DNA from: Spirogloea muscicola
Lineage: Eukaryota
Length of the DNA stretch: 64,000 nt
Assembly: GCA_009602725.1 (NCBI GenBank)
Contig: WELB01000008.1
Coordinates: forward strand, 427,300 to 491,299
Direction: 5' to 3'
Shown here: one piece after another, positions 12,153 to 25,189 of the stretch
How positions within the stretch are numbered: position 1 is the stretch's first letter
Layout: each line of letters opens with the position of its first letter
Made by a program: the position numbers and the translations under genes
The notes under the pieces: model-generated
The model's input: only the letters and a program-made list of their open reading frames with translations
The model's database searches: none
What the model was told of the DNA's origin: nothing

Positions 12153-15100
12153 ATGGCGTCGCCGCCGTCTCTGGCGGCGTACGCCGAGGAGCGGGGCGTC
12201 CGGTACTTCCTGGTGAGGCCCCGCCGCCGCCCGCGGCCGTGCCGGCGGCCGCCATGGCCCGCCGCTTGCCACCGCTCTCCGCTGCTCCGCCGCGGCGTTA
12301 CTCACGGCGCCTGGCGGCTCCGCAGGTCAGCTTCATGGACCTCTTCGGCGTGCAGCGGTCGAAGCTGGTGCCGGCGCCGGCCATCGGCGGCGTGCAGCGC
12401 GGCGGCGCCGGCTTTGCCGGCTTCGCCACGTACCTCGACATGACGCCGGCGCACCCCGACATGGTGAGCAGCAAGTGGCAGCATTGGCGACGGTGGTGAC
12501 GAGCTTTGCAGCCCAGCAGAGCTTGGGCTCGCCGAATGCAGCTTGGTATGAGTCACCAAAGCTCGGGCAGAAACCTCAGCAAAGTCACGTCACTTTGCAA
12601 TGGACTACGGTTCTTTTGCAGCTATGGTCAGTTCCATGGAGTATGCGAAGCAGCATAGCATGGGCTCGAAGTTTGGTGGAGGCAAGCAGGTGGCTCTTGG
12701 GGCCTGGAGCCTGCAGACCAGGCGATGCTGGTGATCCTCTGTGTTGTGGCAATCACCAAAGCAGTTGATACTGCTGTGCTGCAGTTCGCAATGCCCGACG
12801 CGGACGCCGTCTTCCAGCTGCCCTGGAAGAAGGAGGTCGCGTGGGTGGCTGCCGACCTTGTCATGGACAACAAGCTGGTGGACCAGGCGCCCAGGAACGT
12901 CCTCAAGGCACAGGTGTGCTGCAGAAACGTACAGAACACGATGTCCGCTAGCTGGCTACAGCATCACAGCAGGCTGCCAGACTATACTTGTGCAGCCAAC
13001 GAGGTTGTCCTGGAGCCTTAGCTAACTAACATGCTGTGTACACCAACTTGCCTTTTCTTGGTTGATCCTATTCGTAATCCGTTGATACGGCCCAGTGGTA
13101 TCACTGCAGTGTGTCTGCCCAGCTCTCGCAGCATGCTGATGTCGAAGTTGCAGTTGGAGCCTGATTAGTCACTTGGTTGGCTACTGCATGTTCTATGATC
13201 TCAGATACTGTGGTCTGTCAGATCATAGTCTGCTAAACTTAAACATTAATCCACTAGCAGGTGGCTGCTCTCAAGGACATGGGACTTGAAATGAAGACTG
13301 GCGTGGAATGTGAGTTTTTCTTGCTAAACGGAGCGAATGAAGTGGCGGACACAAAGGATGTCGCTGAGAAGCCTTGCTACGATCAGGTGCAGATATGGTC
13401 ACCAGAGGATGATAGTCAGGGCTGGAACTCATCCAACTCATGACAGCAGCAGCAGTACAAAACAGTACTGAAAATGAAAGCATCCGCCGAGGATCCATTG
13501 CATGTAGCGTACATGTGGCTGCAGAATTGAGATGATTCAGGATGGTTGCTTGCCAGCTGATGCAATTTGCGCGCAACTCGGGTGGTAGGCAGCGCTGATG
13601 AGGCAGTATGAAGTCGTAACAGAGGTCTGTGAGTACATGACCGAGCTTGGTTGGAAGCCTTATCAGATGGATCACGAGGTAACTACTCGATTCGGCTGTG
13701 ACTCCTGGTCGCTTTGACCATGTGCAACTTTATGTCAGCCAAATATTTAGCCTATGCTTACATCATGTATGCCTGACATACTTCTATAACTTGAAAGTGC
13801 AATGACTGCATAGAGCTCAAGAGTTAGTCCCCATGCTGTTTGACTACTGGCACTTAGCCCTCCGAGAACTCCAGAAAATTACTCCCTAGATGCGCAGGAT
13901 GGCAACGGTCAGTTTGAGTTCAATTGGGAGTACAACAACAGCCTGGTTACAGCCGACCGACACACGTTCTTCAAATTCATGATGAAGTCTGTAGCCGAGA
14001 AGCACGGTAATGTGCCTGCAACTTACTCGATCTGCTTGAGCTTGTCCTCCATAGCATGCATTACCTCGGAAGCTGGGCTATTTCGTCTGACTCCGTTTGT
14101 AGATAGTGTATTTGAACGCGAATTGGTATGTCAAGTAAGTGTCTGTAATAGCTGTTGATTGGTCGTGGCATATGCAGTTTCAATGGCACTAATCAGTCTG
14201 CGGGCATTTATCCATGCTTTCTTGCTAGGCTTGAAGGCCACATTCATGCCCAAACCCTTCGAGAACAGGACCGGGAATGGGGCCCATTGCCATATTTCTT
14301 TGTGGAATAATATGGGCACTAATGTTTTTGAAGATGAGCACGGAGAACTGGTAAGGTCCAGGCGACCATTTTGGTGCCGCATTTATTTGCAATTCAGGAG
14401 CTTGAAGCTGGCTTCATGACTCTGAGTGCATGTAAAATATCTCTTATCATGGCGTGCATCAGGGCTTATGTTGCATCGGTGCAATGACTACTCTCTACAC
14501 TGTTTGCAGGGTCTATCTTCTCTAGCCTACAATTTCATTGGGGGTGTTCTAGCAAATGCCAAGGTAAGGACGTTCTTGAGCTTCGACTCGGCTTGCCTGC
14601 TCATGACATCTTACTCAGGGAATGAGGGAGGCACTGGGCTTGTTGCACCTGGGGGATCCATGAACACCAGCAGTCTTAAGTATTACTGCCTGTCTCCTGA
14701 TTTTTGTGTCTCATAATCACACTAGATCGGCGAAATGTGTTGCTGGTGCAGGAGCCTCGCTTATGACTTGGCCAAGTCACAGCTGCTTATGCCGCCACGA
14801 GCTGTGCAGGCTCTGTGCGCTTTTACCAACCCGACTGTGAATAGCTACAAGCGCACAAGTGGAGCCACAACAGCTTCTGGAAGCTCCTGGGCACCTTGTA
14901 CCATCTCGTACACCGGCAACAACCGGACACACATGCTCCGGTACACCATCTTAATTCGATTGCCTCACTGTTTATATGCATACTGTACAGCGTCGCTGAA
15001 TGTTGCTCAGGGATTGAATGTGTATGACACTCACATAGGAGGACAGCTGTGATCAGCTTGGCAAGCGAAGGTTGAAAGGGTCTGGCCTGAACGTGCTTGT

Positions 15101-15980
15101 CAATGTATCAGAATTCCCGACACCGACCGCTTTGAGTTTAGACTGGCCGATGGTGCGGTCAACCCTTATTTGCTCCAAGCTTCTCTTTTAGGTCAGCAAT
15201 TGTCTACTTTGACAAAGCAATGCACGATGTGACCTTATGCCCGTCACTGCAGCCTCAGAGCTTCTGGTGTTGTAGCCTCAGACCAGTGCATTATTGGCAA
15301 ATTTTATATCCAATGAGAAGCTCATTTGCAGGTCAGCAGTTGCAGCATATTCACTTTCCACCTTACGTTGATGATGCTTGACAGCTGCAGGCTTGGAAGG
15401 GATTGAGCAGAAATCAGATCCAGGTCCCCGCGCTGACTGGAATGGTCATGTCCCCCACCCTGAGATGGTAGACCACCTTATGCCTTCATAGAACCTCCTC
15501 TGCGTCGTCAATGATGACAACGCTTTGGCAAGTCAAACACAAGCTTGTGCTCAGGATGGCTTTCTGCTGATGCAGAAGCTTCAAACACTCCCTGACAACC
15601 TCCTTGACGCCCTGCGCGAGCTGAGCTCCTCGGAAGTCCTCAAAAGGGTAAGCTCCTCTTTAACACGCTTCTTTGGTAGACCTGCTCATTTTGTCATGTG
15701 CATGCTGCACCACCCTGCAGTGTATAGACTCCTGATCTGCTTGTGTTGCAGCTCCATGCATTGCAGTGTGAAGTTGCTGAACTAAGAGGGGCTGCCTGCG
15801 ATAACGCTTTAGATTATTGCGCTGCAGGTTAACCAGCTCCTGACACCTTTGCTTTCCACATCCATCCAGAGGCTTGGCGAACAGTTTGTGGAGTCCTATG
15901 TGAAATTGCGCATGCAGCAGTGGCGGAGTTACTCGTCCCAACTCAGCAAGTGGGAGCTGGACAACACTCTGGACTGCTAA
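12153..15980 (+). CDS. glnT: Bacterial GlnT/GmaS-type glutamate-ammonia/amine ligase (type III GS, gamma-glutamylmethylamide synthetase-like), 13 exons
   Basis: Predicted exons: 12153-12212, 12326-12463, 12785-12913, 13261-13386, 13589-13678, 13898-14006, 14229-14350, 14510-14563, 14810-14940, 15112-15191, 15385-15467, 15576-15647, 15870-15980. They join in frame with GT-AG ends. The product contains [96 protein letters not shown] and ends WELDNTLDC*, the GlnT/GmaS signatures. Confidence 0.9.
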
Positions 15981-16199
15981 CATTACTGCAGAGTGCTGTC
16001 TTCGCAGTCAATGTACTTGTTGTCATTGTTACTTCGGCCGCCTCTGTTATTATAATAACCATACTTAATCTCTACTTCTACTCCCTTTGCACAGAGCAGG
16101 CCTGTATATTGTACACAGTGACCAACTTTGAAGTGTCTTCAAGCAGATGCCTGACATCCAGGCCTCGCTTTCATACCAAGCGCACCGCGCATCTCTCTC

Positions 16200-16430
16200 T
16201 TTGGCTCTTTGCCCATTCCTTTTGGGCTGGCCTCTCACAGCCTCGCCCCTTATGAGAGAGCTGCTTCCCTGACAGCCATCGCCTTGATTTGGAAGAGCTA
16301 CCTCCCTACATTCCTTTTGGTCCTTTTGGGGCTGGCTTTTCACAGCCTTCGCCCCCTTTGGCAGAGCCACTTCCTCTTCTGGGCTGGCCTCTCACAGCCA
16401 TTGCCTTAGGTAAGAGCTATGTTTTTCCTG
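16200..16430 (+). repeat. Head-to-tail array of ~50-bp retroelement 3'-tip units
   Basis: Three to four consecutive units of consensus GGGCTGGCyTyTCACAGCCnTyGCCnnnTGGnAGAGC at ~16221, 16328 and 16381, with a partial unit at ~16270. Confidence 0.8.
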
Positions 16431-16624
16431 ACAGGGGGTTCCCAAGAGCGCCCTGTTTGCCTCGCCTGTGGCTCCGTTAATATAGTCAGGAACACCCTTT
16501 GTAAGCACCCGGCTGGTCTTCACAGCCCCCAGTTTCCCCAAAGTTTCCTATAAGCGACCTCAATCTGCTTTCTGCGTCCGGCCGCCAGCCCCGAACGAGG
16601 CAGGAAAGCGTCTGTGTTGAGAGA

Positions 16625-17250
16625 TGGGGAGGCCATGTGTGGCCAAGTACAAGGGCAAGCACATTGACAAATGTGCGTCACCTGCTGCTAAGCTGACCCG
16701 CTCAGTAACCACGAGTCAGCACATAGGGGTCGCAACTGATGCTCGAATACCGGACGAAATTGACAATCTCTTGACTACCAGCTAAGGCTCGGCCAGCTTT
16801 CTGATGCAACGCATGAGCCTGAGCTTGCTGCAGACAAGCTGACACTCGACGATGCAAGAATGACAAGTAGGCTGCCAGCATGCCCATCTGAGCTGGAAGC
16901 ATATCCTCACAAACGAGCATATCCCAAACTCGCAACATTCTCCAGTAAGGTGTGGAAGCGAGGGCCGATGCAGCCGAAAGTGTCGATTGCCGCCGGTAGG
17001 AGGTGGTCGCTGCGGGGGTAGTCAGAGTAGTATCGGAGCTTTCTCTGCTCAGCACCTCCCACTGCGTGGCCAGCAATGTGTGTGGAAGCGGAACTCTTGT
17101 ATGCCTCGGTCACCACCACATCAAGCAAGGCTCGTGGGCCTCTGCCAGGTTGTACACCCACAATGTCCAGGGTGCGACGGTGATGGCGTCCCTGGGAATC
17201 CGTGGTGATGGGCATGACATCCCGAACGAGGGATGCGCCGAACGGCGATC
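16625..17250 (-). mobile_element. Degenerate RLE (PD-D/ExK endonuclease) non-LTR retrotransposon fragment, family A
   Basis: RRTLDIVG...ALLDVVVTEAY...AEQRKLRYY...LLPAAIDTFGCIG, then a frameshift to RRVSACLQQAQAHALHQKAGRAL...YVLTRGY*. This fits the R.D...DV.V...K..KY...P.A.(E/D)T.G..G...LQR pattern of CRE/R2-type RLE domains. Confidence 0.75.
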
Positions 17251-17471
17251 CCCGTCGGTGGGGCCATCATCAAGCGGTGGGGCCACTGACCCGAAGGCGG
17301 GGGCGGCAGCGGGCGCTCGCCCGTCAAGTTCATTGGGAGGTTGTCGTCGGAGCCACGTCTCGAAGATGGGCCGCTACCGGGCGCTCCGTCGTCACCTCCC
17401 AGTGGGGCAAGCCGACGGTGCCTGCCGTTGAGGGTTCTGAGACCCGAACGCCGGCTTGTCCGCCGCGCTTC

Positions 17472-17506
<35 letters not shown>

Positions 17507-17720
17507 CTCGGTGGGGCCGCCGGAGAGCGCGCCGCCCATGTCTGCGGCGTTGAGGAGCACGGAAAGTGAGCCGGAGGCGCCGCTCTTTTGATGCGACGGC
17601 CTGCGGGGCGGCCGCGCGGCCAGCAGCAGGAGCCGCCGGCGGCGGCGGCGGTGACATAGACCTCCGGCCTTGCTGCTGCCCCTTGTGCAGACCCTCGTGC
17701 AGCGGCAGCCTAGGCGGGGT

Positions 17721-19762
17721 ATGGGAGCCTTAAGCCCCACTTTGCCGCCGCTGCCAGCGGCGGCCTTGGAGTCGCTCGAGGAGGCGAGCGCCGCGGCCGC
17801 CGCAGCGAGCTCGCCGGGCGGGGCTCGGCTCCTTCCCCGCAGCCAGGACGCCAGGTGCGTGGGTTAGGTTTGAAGGTTTATGGATTAGGGTTTTACGGGT
17901 TTGGGGTTTAGAGTATAGAGCCCTCTGATGGCTGCTCTGTAAGGGTGCAGCGGCAGTATACCTCGACGCTTTGCTCCTCGACAGAGAGTAATGGAATTGG
18001 GGGCTCAGAAGTATTCTTCGGACAATCATGACAAGACAGAAGTGTCAATTATGCTTGTCGTCCACGTATAGTAGTTTGTGCAAAAACCGGAGAATTGCTC
18101 AATGAAGTCAGCTGTCGTCATTTACTCAGCGCTCACTTTGAGGTCCAGAACGTGGCTCAGAACGTGGCCTTGGCGTGCGCTGTGGCTGGGGTGTGTGCTC
18201 AGCGTCACCAAGCTGCTGGCGATGGACTGCGAGATGGTGGGCGTTGGCCGCGACGGCAAGCGCTCCATGCTCGCCCGCGTCGCCATCGTGAGCTGGCCCT
18301 CGTGCTCCTCCCCCCCCCGAGTCGGCGGCACAGGCCCCGGCGGTTGCTTGCAACATGCTCGACTCTCAGAACTTGATGTGCATCCCACAAAACTCCGTGA
18401 ACAGCAGACCTGACCCTAAGTGCTTTTGGTAACCTCGGCAGCCAGCATGAAGCAAGTGGTAATCAGTTGGGTTATTCAGGCTTTGCTGGTGAAGCGCCGG
18501 GATGCACTTAGTGGGGCGCTCGCGCCTGCCTTAGTGGGCGAGCCACTCGGCGTGGCCGCCACATCTTACGCCAGTGGCAGATGCTCACTGTGCCCCCGCC
18601 CTCTCTATTGGCGCGCAGGTGAACGGCCACGGCAATGTCGTGCTGGACAAGCACGTGCAGCCTTTGGAGCTGGTCACGGACCTCCGCACGGCCGTGAGCG
18701 GCGTTCAGTGGCGGCACCTCAATAAGCTCTCTGGTTGGCGGCCTGCCCCCCTCCACAGACACATGCGCTTTCTGGCAAGCATTCTCATGAGCAGATGAGG
18801 GGTATGCGGCGATCGATGCTGCCCGTCTTTCTGATCACCAAAGCCGGCGGCGGTGGTGGCAATTCTAGCGGCCGAGGACTTCTGGGAGGTTCAGAGTGAG
18901 GTCGCCGGGCTCCTCAAGGGCCGCGTCCTCGTCGGGCACGCGCTGCACAATGACCTAAAGGTGCGGGACTAGACCCCAGCGCCGGCTTTTTGCCCGTATG
19001 GCCACGGCAATGCAGTAAGTACTGGCGTCACCTTTGCTCCTGCTGCGGCACGCTGCAGGCGCTTTTCTTGAGCCACCCAAAGCGCGACACGCGTGACACG
19101 CAGCGATACAAGCCTCTCCGCGGGTGGTCATCCTTTCCATCCCCGCCCTCACCCCTCCCCAGTAAAGGCAGACAGTGTCGTCTCCTTTGCCGTTTTTCGT
19201 CGATGACCTTTGTGCGTGCGCCTGACAAGCCTCTGGATCTTATCCCGATCTTTATTTTAGATTCAGATCTGCCTTATGCATCGTACACTGATGCTCAAAC
19301 CCCTCACCATACTGCAGGAAGCGGGGCCAGGCGCGGGCACTCCGGCACCTTGCGGCGGAAGTCCTCGGAGCCACAATACAGCAAGGCCAGCATTCTCCCG
19401 TATGTGGCTCCCGCGGAACATGAGCCGTGATTATGATGCCTCTTCAGTTGCAGCCCCAATGCTTTTGGTGAAGATGGGGCGACTGGGCAGAGTCACTTGA
19501 GCTTCTTTCATTGAGGTCTATTGAGCTACTGAAAAGGGACTGACGTCACCAGGGTCTCCTGTGGTGGCGACAGGTCGAGGATGCAAGAGCAGCACTGTAC
19601 ATTTACCTCCACCACCGACCAGCCTGGGAACAGAGCCTCCGCGCGCCACCCAGCACCACCTCCGCAAGCAGTGGATTGCCCTTGGCACGAGGACAGGCAG
19701 GCCGACACTTGCAAGCTCCACAAGGAGCACTCTTCAGCAAAGACACTAGTAAATGTAAATGA
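17721..19762 (+). CDS. REX4: RNA exonuclease 4-like DEDDh exonuclease, multi-exon; start codon uncertain
   Basis: Exons encode [52 protein letters not shown] and [16 protein letters not shown], covering all DEDDh motifs. Confidence 0.85.
17861..17912. repeat. Degenerate TTTAGGG telomere-like (telo-box) tract in an intron
   Basis: gggttaggtttgaaggtttatggattagggttttacgggtttggggtttag directly after a gtgcgt donor. Confidence 0.55.
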
Positions 19763-20102
19763 ACATGTCCAATAGAGCTCCTCTTCATGTGAATAGCTGA
19801 GGAGAAGCGGTGAAGCGTGCAGAGTGTCTGTCTTAAGTGGTGCAGTGGACTGCGGGGAAATTTTGAATTGAATGCACCCTCTTGTGACTCTCTCCCCAAG
19901 ATCCTGTACAAAAGGTCAGATGTAGGTGTATTATGCATGTGTTACAATTAGCAATGGATTGAGAAGCTCATGGCAGTACTTGAAGAGCAAATGGGCACCA
20001 CTGAGACGTTCAGATGTGATTACATCAGTTTCACAAGTCTGGTGTTAGTGTGTCTTGCACCCTCGTGACATGGTCAGAATAAACGAATTGAAATAGCCCA
20101 TT

Positions 20103-20303
20103 CCTCTGCCTAGCAAAGAGACATAGAGTTACGTAACCGATGTGATCTTCATAATGTAAAGGGTTGCCTGCTCAACATTCCAAGAAGTACAGCAGACTGG
20201 AGCCTCATTTGCCTGGCAAAGAGACATTAACTTACATAACAGGATGTGATCTTTGCAAACTGTTCCCTGCTCAACATCCCAAGAAGTACGGCAGACTGGA
20301 GCT
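20103..20303. repeat. Imperfect ~100-bp tandem duplication
   Basis: gcaaagagacat...gatgtgatctt...cctgctcaacat.ccaagaagtac.gcagactggagc occurs twice in succession. Confidence 0.8.
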
Positions 20304-21110
20304 TGCTGATGGCTCGTTGCAATGTGGGGGTAAGCAAGCCAACAGCAAGTCAGTAGCAAGTCAACAGCAAGTCAGTGTTCCCTCTACGAGATGTATCATA
20401 GCAGTAGTGACCTGGCGACCGTGATACTCGAACTTGGCGTGCAACTGGCCCTTTGTACTGAGGCGTTCAGGCAAGTGCATCAGGGCCAGGATTCTGTTCC
20501 ACAAGCCGGCTTCCAGAACAGGCTTACTGGGCGCCCACAACTGCCCGACTTATGATCACCGCAAGGCAATGTCCTCCATAGGGATGACAAGCATCACTAG
20601 TATAGTAATTCGTCGCACTGCAAATGCCAATTGCTAAGGTGCCAATGATATTCACAGTACCTGTAAGCCTGGCCACGAGCTAGGGCACTGACATTAGTGC
20701 GGAGGATATTCCAAGGACTTCGTTGATCTGCTCTGAAGGAACCCCACAGCACGAGATAAGTGGAACAGACATGACAAGAAGAGAATGATACCTGGTCCAT
20801 GCGCTGGCAAGAGGTCAGTGGGACTAACATTTGACATTACAAAGGGGACACAGTGCCAGGTCTTGCAATAGCAGCACAATCCTTGGGATGAGCAGCTCTC
20901 ATCACTGGTCCAGCATCATGTACTGGATGGAGCTCACAAAGTATATCATCAAGGCTAGGCCGGCGCTCATCTTGTCAAAGACACAGAGGCGACCATCGCC
21001 CGACTGCCAAGCACCGAGCCCGCATAGCTCCGACCAGCTGTTCCGCGGCCAGGTGCCAGCAGCGTTCAGTGAGCACAACCAAAACATATTTGAGCGCAAT
21101 CTAAGAGACT

Positions 21111-24100
21111 TTATGCCTTGGCCGGCTGCTCTAACGTCAGGGAGCTAGCGCCGTTGCCGCCATCATCATTCCCAGCAGCCTCACTGACAATCTTGGCGGA
21201 AGCTGCAGGAGCAGGAGCAGGAGCGCTGCTCTTGACCTCCGCAGGCAGCTTGCCATCGAGCACAGGCTTGCCGTCGAGGATAGGCACATAACGACCCTCC
21301 ACGAAGCCCTGCTCGTTGAGCACACTCACAAAGCGATATTTGACCTGCCAAGAAGGTTGGTATGAGCACCCAGAAAATTGTCAGAAGCGGTGACAAGGAG
21401 CAGCCCAACTGTTGTGTACTTCTCAGCGTCCTATTATGACACACGCTATCACTTGCAAGTGACCCTCCTTGCAGAGAAAGATGGCAAGGGAGAATGTGTC
21501 GGCCTCCTCACCTCTTTGTGCGGCTTCCCGCCGGAGCCGAGGAACGCCTTTGATGAGGAAGCCAGCTTGCCCTCCTGGTACTTTCCCTTGAGGTCCTCTT
21601 GGACGAGAGGCGAGAACTGCTTATCGAGCGACCGGGCGGCACCAAGCCATGCGATGACAATGAACAGCAGGATGACACCAAGGTATGGCGTGGAGTTGGC
21701 CAGTGACCCAAAGCCAAAGATGAGGAACTGCTGGATGAGTGCACCGCCTGACTTGCCCAGCGGATTGCACACCACATCGATAGCAGCCTTGCCCTTGACC
21801 TGCTCGAAGTAGCAGCATCATTGAGCAACAGTGTAATACATGCGAGTATCAAACTACAGCCAACTTCACACCAAGTACTAGGTGGACTCTACCAAGGGTC
21901 AAGTCTCCAACATTTCAAAGGGTCTGCTTGGGCAATGCCAAATCCTCAAACGCCATGCTGATATTATGTCTTACAGAGATGCATGAGATTCAGGCTACCT
22001 TTGTATTCGCACCAGACTGTTGAGTTCAATGCCAGACTTGCTCAAGGACAGATGCCACGAATCTCAGGATGCCCCAAACAATTGCTGAGGCTGCCTTGCT
22101 GTACTCACCTTGGTCTCCTCGTCAAGAGGAATGTAGGCCATCTCCTTGCATGGGTCAAAGAGGCTGTACTTGGCGCTCTTGCTGAAGATGTTCTGGGCGG
22201 CGCCAACGTACACGGCTGCCAGCAGCGGCGTGAGCCCCAGGGACGCCAAGTACGGCGTAAGGGGCGCGGAGAAAAGCACGAGCGAGAAGAAGGCCACGCC
22301 TGTGACGAGTAGCACCGACGGCGTAATCTGTGCTGCCACGCCCCAGCCGAACTTGCGGAAGATGACACGCGAGAGTAGCATCATCGCAAATGTCACGATG
22401 CCCGTGTATGTTGAGAAGTCGCCCATGAATGAGGAGTAATCATTTGGATTTGGGAACTGCATGCAGAGAGCATGAAGCAGGATAGAGAGCGATCATTAGT
22501 ACTTTGCCTGTATTCAATCAAATTGTCTGCCACAGAGGCCTTGCTGGTGCGTAACAGAGTCGGGCAACTCGCTTCTGCTGTTAGGACTTGCTGACCTTTT
22601 AGCAGGCATGCATTACGATTGTGCTTGCATTGCATCGAGAAGGTACATTGAGCTAGCTCTTCAGCTACTTTCCAACCCAATTGCCAGCATTGTGTCAAAG
22701 GCTGATGCCTCTCATAAGTAGTGTCCACTGTCCAACACATCTCAAGGTGTACAAGAGCAAGCCAAGGGCTGAAGAGAGAGGCAGGCAAGCACCTGGGCCT
22801 TGATCTTGCCCTTCCACGTAACCTCCACAAGGTTGATGCTAATGCCATAGGCTACGACGATCGTGGCAAGGTCCCTAATGTACCGCGACCCGAGAAGGAA
22901 CTTGAAGCTCTCCCCCATACTCATCTTCGGCTTGTCCTTCTGCGGAGGGCCAAACAGCAAGGATGCTCAGCTAGAGCAGGTCTGATCCCCTGCATGGACG
23001 TGACGACACAGGCGCTACATCCTGCTGCTCAATTGTAGCTGCATAAGCTTTAGCAACATTGCCACTGCAGCAAGAAGATGCATTAGTGCTGCTTGAAAGT
23101 CATTCAGCCACTTTAAACAACTTGCTGATAGACAGCATTTAATGCTCACCTTCTTCTTCTTCTCGACCTTGGGCAGGTTGGGGTCGTTGACAACATTGGC
23201 AACAACCCACCAGTATATGGCGGCGATAGCAAAGCCGAGCACAACGACAAGGGACATCATGCCCTTGAGCGACATACCCCAGCCGTCGACGCCAGGCCCC
23301 AGCTTGCTGCGTAGCTGAGAGAAATACTTGACAGTTCTTCCCGAGAAGACGAGCGCCACATTGGCGCCAAGGCCGAAGAGCGGGTAGAACTGCTTCGCTT
23401 CGTCCACCGTAACAATCTGCAACAGCAGTACCCTAGGAATCAGACTTGAGCAGACTGAGAAGCAGGTAATACACCACCACTGCCACACTGCAGACTTTAT
23501 TCTGCAGTCATCTGCATTCCAGTGGGCTCGAGGGTTGGCCACTTCAAAAATGGCAAAATTGTGTTGCAGTGCAAATCTGACAATCACTTGGCTTATATGC
23601 CTATCCTCAAGCAGCTTGTACACAGCAGCATTGATAAGTACTGTGCTTGTGAGACTGGAGCTACCCGCTTGTACACAGGGAGAAGTTTAAAAGGTAAGCG
23701 GATGTATGAGCAATGACAAGCTAGCAGTTCCTATATGCATCAACAGACTTGATTGCAAAAAGGACTAATGCATGTCTCTCAGCACCTTGTCAGGGCTGTT
23801 ACGGACAAGAATTTACATTTGTGAAGCACAGCAATATGCAAGAGGCAGTGCGGCCAGGTCTCAAGCAGCACAGCTAGAAGGGCACACCCTCACTGGTGCT
23901 TGTAATTTGAGCAGGCGCAATGGGATCTCCTGAATGAGGAGGGCAAAGACCAGCACCTGGTTGGCAAAGCCCCAGAATAGCACAGAGACGACGACGGAGC
24001 CCCAGAGCTCGGCCATGACGTAGAAGAGGCAGAAGGTCCAGTTGCGGAGGATGGAGATGGGGCCCATGAAGCGCGGCCCGAGCTGCGTGAGCAGGCGCTC

Positions 24101-24584
24101 GGCGAGCGCGGTGGGGTGCAGGACGTGCTGCAGCGGGTACATGAGGAAAGCGAAGGCGCCGAAGAAGGCGATGAAGGGGAAGATGCAGGTGTAGAAGAGC
24201 GCCTCGCGCGACAGCACGTTGGCCAGCTTGGAGTAGACGACCATGAAGGCGACGGCCAGCGGCAGGTTGACCCAGGTCTTGAGGAACGGGATGATCTCGG
24301 CGCCGGAGCCGGGCGCCGTGACCACCAGCACGTCCTTGGTGTCGCGCAGGATGGTGTAGTTGAACAGGATGCAGAAGAACATGAGGCCCAGCGGCACCAC
24401 CTTCTTGACCGTCGTGTACGGGATGCCGAAGATGCTGCCCTGCTGCGGCGCCGCCGGCGTCGTCGCCGTCGCCGCGAATGGCGCCACCAGGCCCTCGCCC
24501 TCCGGCTGCTGCTGCTCCTCATCCCGATCCTGCGGAGCGGCGCCGGCGGCGGCAGCGGCGGCCGAGGCCCGGGGTGCGGCGGCG
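21111..24584 (-). CDS. NTT: Plastidic ATP/ADP transporter (TLC family); start probably in the N-gap
   Basis: PLGLMFFCILFNYTILRDTKD, YVMAELWGSVVVSVLFWGFANQ, EAKQFYPLFGLGANVAL, INLVEVTWK, NIFSKSAKYSLFDPCKEMAYIPLD, KAAIDVVCNPLGKSGG. Confidence 0.95.
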
Positions 24585-24707
24585 NNNNNNNNNNNNNNNN
24601 NNNNNNNNNNNNNNNNNNNNNNNNNNNNNNNNNNNNNNNNNNNNNNNNNNNNNNNNNNNNNNNNNNNNNNNNNNNNNNNNNNNNNNNNNNNNNNNNNNNN
24701 NNNNNNN
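24585..24707. other. Assembly gap (N run)
   Basis: Run of n bases within a GCC-rich 5' region. Confidence 1.
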
Positions 24708-24884
24708 CGGCGGCGGCAGCGGCGGCGGCGGCGGCGGGGGATCGGCTCGCAGCTGGCACGGCGCCGGGGGGGGTGGGGGCTAGCGGCGGCGCCGCTTGGC
24801 AACGGGGGAAAGGCGAGCCGTGCGCATGAAATCGAAAGGTGGCCCAATTTAAGTCAAGCCAACACACTGCTCCGTTCCTGGCAT

Positions 24885-25030
24885 TTAGTATTCATGCATC
24901 GAGTAGTGACCTTTATGTTTTGACCCGTGGTTACTGAGCGGGTCAATCTGCTGTAGGTTATGTAGATTTTTAGATGTGCTTGCCTTTGTACCTGGCCATT
25001 TGGCCTACACTTCTTTCTAATACACGATCT
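24885..25030 (+). mobile_element. RLE retroelement 3' tip, family A
   Basis: gacctttatgttttgacccgtggttactgagcgggtcaatctgctgtaggttatgtag is nearly identical to 5275-5330. Confidence 0.8.
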
Positions 25031-25189
25031 TTTTGCTCAGGCACAAGCCAGTGCAAAGAACTGCGCTCTTCCGGAGAAACAGCTTTTCCAATTCAAGGCA
25101 ATGACGGCTCTGTGAGAGGGCAGCCCTAAGGAGTGTGCAATGCAAGGAGTGGGGGGTCCATCGAAACTGAAGCCGTAGGCAGAATGAGA

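Noticed and set aside
12153..15980. Bacterial contamination as the source of the glnT-like gene
   Set aside because: It has twelve GT-AG introns and a GCC-rich 5' end like neighbouring host genes, and the sequence is contiguous with them.
16200..16430. Repeat-spacer-like array resembling CRISPR
   Set aside because: The context is eukaryotic, units are degenerate with irregular spacing, no cas genes are present, and the same unit is dispersed through the window as retroelement 3' tips.
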